Positions 57,197-64,000 of a DNA stretch of 64,000 nt are shown one piece after another (position 1 is the stretch's first letter; each line of letters begins with the position of its first letter). The notes under the pieces are model-generated. The model had not been told where the DNA came from and did not search any database. It worked only from the letters and a program-made list of their open reading frames with translations. The translations under genes and the position numbers were made by a program. The stretch lies in assembly GCA_051294905.1 (NCBI GenBank), contig CM119379.1, forward strand, positions 4,774,001 to 4,838,000, given 5' to 3'. Origin of the DNA: Botryllus schlosseri (lineage: Eukaryota).

Positions 57197-58035
57197 TATA
57201 TTAAAACGACGAAGGAAGACCAGTCAGTTCGAACTAACTACCACTAACACCACTGAAATCGACGATCACATCACAGGTTTCAGTAAATTAAGTTCCGCAT
57301 CGCCATGAAACAGTTGATGGAACTGCACTGCACTAAACATACATGATGCATCACTGACACACCGATCGACGCTCCTTGAAGTTGACTAAATGACTAGTGA
57401 CTTCCAATTTTAAAGCTGCTACATGATATCTGGAATTTGGAGTCTGAGACAGACCAGCAGCAGAAACTTGATTGCGGTGCTGATTTTTCATATCACATCA
57501 AAGTCATTTCTCAATCAAACCAAACATTACATGACGAAAATTCAGAAGAATTCTGGATGACTGACTACGTCAATCAATATTGAAGGAAGCGTAGTTGAGT
57601 TGATGCGAGCAGAGCAAAGCAGACGGTTGTAGTTATTTAGTGTGGCTGTTCAGAAATTCGGAATATCCTGTTTTTACAGGGTAAGATCAGCTTACCTTAG
57701 TGATTTATGTATTGTTGAAATCTTTAAAGTGGGCTTAGATGCTGGTATGCCTCTGTGAGCGGATCTTACTAGCGAAAATTCGTCGCAATGTCATTAAATC
57801 ATGTAACACATTGCATAAGTTATTATTGTTTCCATCCAGATACTTGCTTGTTGTATGTATATTTCTCACAGATATAAAGGTAATATTGATGTAACACTTA
57901 TTATCGATATCTCTCACTGCAAATTGCAAGTACGATGAAAGTTGCGAAAAGTTATCACAAAAGTGGTATCGGATATTATCTTGTTTCAACTGATACCAAC
58001 GTTGGGAATACATTTTCACAAAATGGACCTATTAC

Positions 58036-61000
58036 CAGGGTTGTAATGACTCGAGTCATGACTCGACTCGAGTCAGACTCGAGTTACGATTTTTTTGTGA
58101 CTCGACTTGACTCGAGTCATTTTCTTGAAATGGGAAAATGACTCGACTCGACTCGAGTCAATATTTGGATTGACTCGACTTGTACTCGAGTCATTACGCA
58201 TGACTCGACTCAAGTCATTGACTCGGCTTATTTTATGTGACTTGAAAATGAAGAAAGTTGCGAATCACAATGGTTAGATCAACGCATGTGACGAATTCTG
58301 TCGACATCGCTATTTTTCACCACTGCTTTCGTTGCACTCGTCTGATATCAGATATGCGCCGCCGTAAAAACAAAAGACAATGGTAGCCTACATAGTAGCA
58401 AAGAGCAATGCATTGTACAAAATCATCCAGTGATGAAGAGGTAATAGATCCTCCGCGATCAAAGTACTCAAGACATTTCAATTATATAAGCAAACAATCG
58501 AAGCAAAGTTCAATTATAGCCAAAGAAATGACTCAGATGGTCAAGTAGCCTACTTGGAAGAGACTGCATGATAAGCTCATGTGTAGATATGAAGGCGATG
58601 ATTCTTTGCATTTTTGGCCGACTAGAATGGATGAGTATCTAATGCTCTTCAGTGTGGTTCAAAATTGCTTTTCAATTCCTGCATCTAATGCACCAGAGGA
58701 ACATGTATCCAGTGGATGTGGATTATTCTAAGGCCATGCCGCCTCAACATATATGAGAATCTCCTTTCCACTTTAGTATTTTTCAAGTGTCACTCATTGA
58801 TTTGATCTGCTGTCTGTGAAAACACACAATACCCTCCGTCCGTTTGACGTTTTGTTCGGTATGTGCATTGTGCACGTGATAATAATGAGTGGCTAATGTT
58901 GTGTGATATTTGTACAATAGGGCCGATCAAAAATACCTTCTTTTTTATTCTACTGGGTGGCTACTAGGGATGGTGTGAACGTGAGGTTCACGTTCGCGTT
59001 CTGTGTGTGAACCTCGGAAATTTAGAGGTTCGCGTTCACAACAGAACCTTGGTAGGTTCTGCACTGTGAACCCTTTTCAAATATTACAATTTTCACTTCA
59101 TTACAACATCGTTGGTTCAAATTTATTGCATTTCAACTGCAGAACACTCTATGCATGGCGATATAGGCATAAAAAAATCAACACTAAACGAGCATGTACC
59201 TTAACAATCTCAAAAGTTTTACTTGCTTTGTTGCAAAAGTTTGCTCGAAATATCCAACTTTCCGTTTGTAAATATTTATTGACCCTCTGCTGCGAGCTTG
59301 ACCCACAATCACAAAATATCACGATCGATATAAGCTACGTAGTCAGCGAATGATGCTTATTCAACTAATCAATCTAGCAGGAGTATGGGGTCAATCTTGA
59401 CTTCATATGTTTACTGGATCATTAAGACCAAATCGGTGCGATTGAGGTGTTGGCTACTGCTGTATAACTTGTTAATGGGGTAATATTGGTAACAAGTATA
59501 GAAACCCGTTTCACACTCTGCTCAATATCAATGTAGCAATACTCAGACGCCGAATACATTTTCCGATCTGTCATACGAAAAATGTGACTCGAGTCTGACT
59601 TGAGTCAAGTCATCTCAATACTGCTACAAGGCTATATCTGCATCTTCCTTGCCCGACGGCATATGCACATCATGTACTCATGGTATGCATATACGCAGAT
59701 CGTGTTATGTATATCATCAGTCGGTGTATATGCCGCAAGAACATCAAGGACAAAAATACGTCCCTTCCTTCCCTTTTATTCCCTGGTAAGTCTGCGTCAA
59801 AATTGTTGGCAAAGCGACGGAAGATATTCATTTTATGAGATTATTATATAATTTGATTGCCCCAGTTGATACATCTGGCGACGTTTAAAACGTCAATATG
59901 CATTTCAGCCTTGTGACGTAATGTTGCCCGAGTCGTCGCAAGGTATCGTGCACGTTAATATAGGCTATCATTTCATTGAAGGATAGGTTGGAATTAGCAA
60001 TATGACGTCCCGTGACGTCATGAGGTTCACGTTCGTGTTCACACAGAATCTTTCAAAAAGGTTCGCGTTCACACGAACCTGAACCTTTTAGAGGTTCACA
60101 CCATCCCTAGTGGCTACTTCATAAAATCGCTACGTTGCATAAAAAGAACACTAAATCTGGCCTAATTTGAAAAAGTGGAATCAATGAAATGAGAGGAGAA
60201 AATTTTGGATTTGAAAATACATGGAGTATTTTTAGTGAGAAATGATTTCATAAAATATAATTACATATTAGCAGTAAGTCGACTATTTTTTCATATCCAA
60301 AATATCCCACTCTAATAACTCCGCTTCGTCTAGTTTGAATTGAGCCAAATTTTCTATGAATCATATTTTTACACAATCTAACAATATCATGAGGTAGCCG
60401 GTACATTTCGAAAGTCTCTATTTGTAATTAATCCAAAATATTTTCTCTTAGCATTGCTTTCTACTGGTTGGAATTAAGCCAAATTTAAGTTCTTTTAGAT
60501 AATCTAACAATTTTAAGAAGTAGCCTCTTTTTTGACATTTTTTCCTCATTTTGAGATTCTTTTGGTAAATGTAGGGCAAATTCGACTAAGACAACAGTAA
60601 ATCAGCACTAAAGTAACGCTCCGGCGACTATTTCGGCAGCTGAGCAGGAAAGTTGACCTTATTTCTGGCCAACCACCTAATATGATGTGAAAGAAAAACT
60701 GTACCTCTACATAAGCGTTTATCTGTTGATTCTTTACCAGCTTGTATCTAGCTAGACGTGACTTCGTAGGTCCTCTATCAGATAGTATGTAGACGTGAAT
60801 TCGTTAATTATCTATCAGCTATTTGTGAGCGGTCGTCGATGTGCTCGTAATAAAAACTGAATGCTTTTATTTGTGATATATCAGACTGACAAGACGGATA
60901 TTTGATTTAAAGTTCTAAGATTAGTAACGTTATCGTATTGGCGGCCTGTCTCGTCTATCTGTAGCATCGGTATATGAGGCCTGGAACTGTCTGTTATCTG

Positions 61001-61298
61001 CCTAACTAAATAAACTTGTGCCAAGACTATGATAGGGATAAATAAGCATGTTTGGCAAGCAAGGAATTCGATATCACCCAAGCAGGATTGAAAACATAAG
61101 TTGAACATGACTTCAATACTGTGACTTGGACTCGACTCGAGTCATAACACTATGACTCGGACTTGGCCCTTAAAACGGTGACTTGGACTGGGACTCGATT
61201 CAATATTGAATTGAAAATGACTCGACTCGACTCGAGTCAAAACCACAAAAGTCAGATTGACTCGTGACTCGGAACCATGTGACTTGGTTACAACCCTG
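58036..61298. mobile_element. Non-autonomous hAT element with GACTCGAGTC arrays, nested in 56405-61990
   Basis: TIR CAGGGTTGTAA / TTACAACCCTG; perfect 8-bp TSD CCTATTAC (58028-58035, 61299-61306). Confidence 0.92.
58965..60109. mobile_element. Non-autonomous hAT element nested in 58036-61298
   Basis: TIR TAGGGATGGTGTGAAC / GTTCACACCATCCCTA; perfect 8-bp TSD GTGGCTAC (58957-58964, 60110-60117). Confidence 0.93.
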
Positions 61299-62414
61299 CC
61301 TATTACTATATTGAATGTCATCAGGATAATGGGATATATTCCGTTATGATCATCAACTTGCTGGAAGAATCAGGTTAGCCAAAGGCTGTACCATAGGGAA
61401 GCCCCGCTGTATGTTGCTGATTGTAAATGTTTCGCACAATTACTGGGGTAGCATGAAAATTAGTCACGAAACAAATACGCAAGGAGGAATATGATGTGAC
61501 TATAGAAGACTGCAATGACAGCAACGTGGAAGATTCTGGAGATCTTATCTCATAATATGGTGACATTCAGCAGTGGATTCAAAGACTGCATCTCATTGCA
61601 GGGAAAAATGATGCGCTGCGAACGATATTGGGTGTCTTCAAGTTTGTGAACTACAGACACTGCTCAGCGGAAATGCCTTGCTAGATCACTAGGTTACTCT
61701 CCAGTCCCCAATTGCCGTGCAGATGACTGATTTTTATGCACTTGTCAATCATTTTTGCATGTTACCGGTCATATTACAACTTTACAAGGTGTCAACTGTC
61801 TGTGTTTTGGTTTGTAATCAATAGTGTCTTCTGGTCAAAGCTATCGAAAGATATCGCGGGCAAAACTAACAATACTCCGTAAAACTCCGGAAAAATATCT
61901 GTTGTAAACTCCGACTCCACTCCGGGTATCACAAAATTGGCAAAACTCCGCTCCGACTCCACTCCGACTCCGCTCCGGTGCTCATCACTGATTGGAGCAG
62001 GAATTACCACAGTTCATGATTCTCGACTCTACCAACAACTCACAACACCGACGATACCTGATTGATACAAAGCAGACAACTAGAACTTGTGCTCCATGGT
62101 GCGGTCTAAAGTTTTGTATAGAAACACTGTTAGCTTTTAAAGCGCTATTAATCCTCTCGTATTATGAATCCTCTCATGTGATTTATTATTTTGTAGATTG
62201 GGATCAGCTGCTTGACGATCTGAATCGTTTGTAACACTACAACTTCGACTGACGACGAGGGACAGATGAAGATTTCATAACCCATGGAAAATTGCTAAAT
62301 CGAACTCTACTGGGCTTATATATTCCACTAGAACAAGATGACTACAACAGTGGATATTCCCAACCTTGTTGATATATAAACACATGCACTTTATCGAGTT
62401 TCAATAAACAACAA

Positions 62415-63025
62415 ATGATGGAATTGATCCACTCATTCGCGTGTATTGTGAGTGGTCCTTCAAGAAGTGGGAAGACTACTTTTGTTGCAAAGCTGATTAG
62501 GCATGCGACATCCATGATTAAACCAAGTGTATCCAGGGTCGTATATTGTTACAATAATTATCAGGAGGTTTTCAAGACGATGCATAACGTAGAATTCCAC
62601 GCCGGTCTAGATATTTTAGAAGAGTTGAAGGTTTGCTCTGAAGACACCTTGATTATAGTGGATGATTTCATGACTGAGACGGCGAAAATTGCAGACTACT
62701 TTACAAGATTTTCTCATCATTCAGCCAATCAATTTGTTACGTCACACAGAACCTGTACCACAAGGGTAAAGGAGCACGTGACTTGAGTCTTTCAAGCTCG
62801 TATATGGTGATTTTCAAGAATCCGCGCGACCAACAGCAGATCAGTTTTCTTGATCGACAAATGTACCCAAACTCTAGATTTTTAACAGAGGCTTATCGTG
62901 ACGCTGCTAGACAACCTCATAGTTATTTATTCCTTGATCTCACGCAAGAAGCACCTGAAAATCGACGAGTTATGACCAATATATTTCCTGGTGAAACCAT
63001 GGTGGTTTATAGCCCGATGGTATAA
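62415..63025 (+). pseudogene. Packaging ATPase, Pol-B2 (1-nt deletion near 62729)
   Basis: GPSRSGKT, IIVDD; GCCAATCAATT versus GCCAATTCAATT in Pol-B1. Confidence 0.92.
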
Positions 63026-63058
63026 ATAGCCAAGCGCAGAGACGACTTTAAACTCAAA

Positions 63059-63406
63059 ATGACCAAGGTACCAGCTCAGACACGGCGGCATATACCCACA
63101 CTAGAGTTCCTACATAAAAGTAAAACCGAGATACGCAAGCAAATTATATCGGGACCCAGCAAAGAATTGATCGAGTGTAAATGCGATTGTACATAGAACA
63201 TTTTAAACGGCAACATCCCTCTTTCAAAGTATAAAAGAAAGCGACTATCAGCTCATAAATGTAGTTTACGTCGACTTGTCAGGAAAGACATCCCTATTCG
63301 ACATAAGAAACGCATGGTTAACCAGAGTGGTGGTATGTTTATGACTCTATTATCAAGCATCCTACCCGTCGTCACTGGTTTACTCGGTAATCTTTTCAAA
63401 AAATGA
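63059..63406 (+). pseudogene. pVII-like core precursor, Pol-B2 (same TAG as Pol-B1)
   Basis: Near-identical to 20819-20472; TAG at 63194-63196. Confidence 0.75.
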
Positions 63407-63798
63407 CTTCTTTCAAAAAAATCTTCATAACTCCGAACCCGATCAATGAGGTTGAAGTTCAGAAATTGAATTTGGATATCGACAAATGTATGAGCGACAT
63501 ATTACAGATGAACATACCCCAAGAACGAAAATTAGCCTTATATAACGACGCACTAAATCGTTATCAAACAAAACACGACACACTGAATCAACCGATGAAA
63601 ATCGATATATCAGAACAAAGGAATCTATTTTCGGCTAGTGAGTTGGACGCGCTGCGACGCCTGATCAAGGGTGAACCATCAAGGATTCCTAAACCCCACT
63701 CACCATCACCGAGTAGCCAACCAAGCAAAGTAAAGACTCAACATGCCAAGACGAAAAGTGGTCGTACACCCAAGACCCCGAACCGATACGGATGGTAG
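63403..63798 (+). CDS. Conserved Polinton hypothetical protein, Pol-B2
   Basis: One amino-acid difference from 20080-20475. Confidence 0.7.
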   Translation: MTSFKKIFITPNPINEVEVQKLNLDIDKCMSDILQMNIPQERKLALYNDALNRYQTKHDTLNQPMKIDISEQRNLFSASELDALRRLIKGEPSRIPKPHSPSPSSQPSKVKTQHAKTKSGRTPKTPNRYGW

Positions 63799-64000
63799 CC
63801 ATACTAAGTATTTCACGCCAGGGCTACCTGGTAGTTACCGCGGTGCATACGTATTCTCTAGAGGGCGGAATAGAGCCAAAGTCAAGGAGTTTCTTTCGAG
63901 CAAGGATGCGTACACGAAACATTTTCCATATCGTAAGAAATTTAAGAGACCTAGAGTGATTACATCCGGTCTCGGTGTTCAGTATCAAACCGATCTCATG
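63743..64000 (+). CDS. Integrase N-terminus, Pol-B2 (truncated by window end)
   Basis: Matches Pol-B1 20135-19878. Confidence 0.88.
   Translation, partial: MPRRKVVVHPRPRTDTDGSHTKYFTPGLPGSYRGAYVFSRGRNRAKVKEFLSSKDAYTKHFPYRKKFKRPRVITSGLGVQYQTDLM

Larger units (their letters stand above)
56405..61990 (-). mobile_element. hAT element with internally deleted transposase, inserted in Pol-B2
   Basis: TIR CAGTGATGAG / CTCATCACTG; perfect 8-bp TSD ATTGGAGC (56397-56404, 61991-61998); ACTCCG subterminal repeats; Pol-B2 sequence resumes after the TSD. Confidence 0.93.
48802..64000 (+). mobile_element. Pol-B2: second B-family Polinton, opposite orientation, continues beyond the window
   Basis: Starts AGTAGTGTATATGATCGCTCG; gene order is the mirror image of Pol-B1; predicted TSD GGCATC (48796-48801) cannot be confirmed because the right end is outside the window. 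Confidence 0.92.

Overview
Eukaryotic (animal-like), repeat-dense window that is almost entirely transposable-element DNA. It is dominated by four Polinton/Maverick (adintovirus-like) elements, each starting with AGTAGT; the three complete ones also end in ACTACT and have 6-bp target-site duplications. (1) Pol-N, 4108-8741, is non-autonomous. (2) Pol-A, 12160-43977, is about 16.6 kb net and carries a BIR/IAP cargo gene. (3) Pol-B1, 14154-29403 (15.25 kb), is nested inside a tandem-repeat arm of Pol-A. (4) Pol-B2 is a second copy of the B family in the opposite orientation; it starts at 48802, runs off the window end and carries a three-deep stack of hAT insertions. Recognisable Polinton genes are pPolB, integrase with chromodomain, packaging ATPase, major capsid, 2-3 penton-like paralogs, adenain protease and core-protein-like precursors. 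Most copies carry a few nonsense or frameshift lesions. Three features stand out. First, the B family encodes the terminal-protein-like N-terminal domain as a separate gene, while its pPolB has an in-frame deletion of that domain. Second, these replication ORFs are preceded by a conserved cassette of four 58-67 nt GT-AG introns and 33-43 nt micro-exons ending in CAG|ATG. Third, a 51-nt spliceosomal-type intron is needed to complete a core-protein gene in Pol-A. The host species cannot be determined from the sequence, and all protein assignments come from motif recognition, not database searches.
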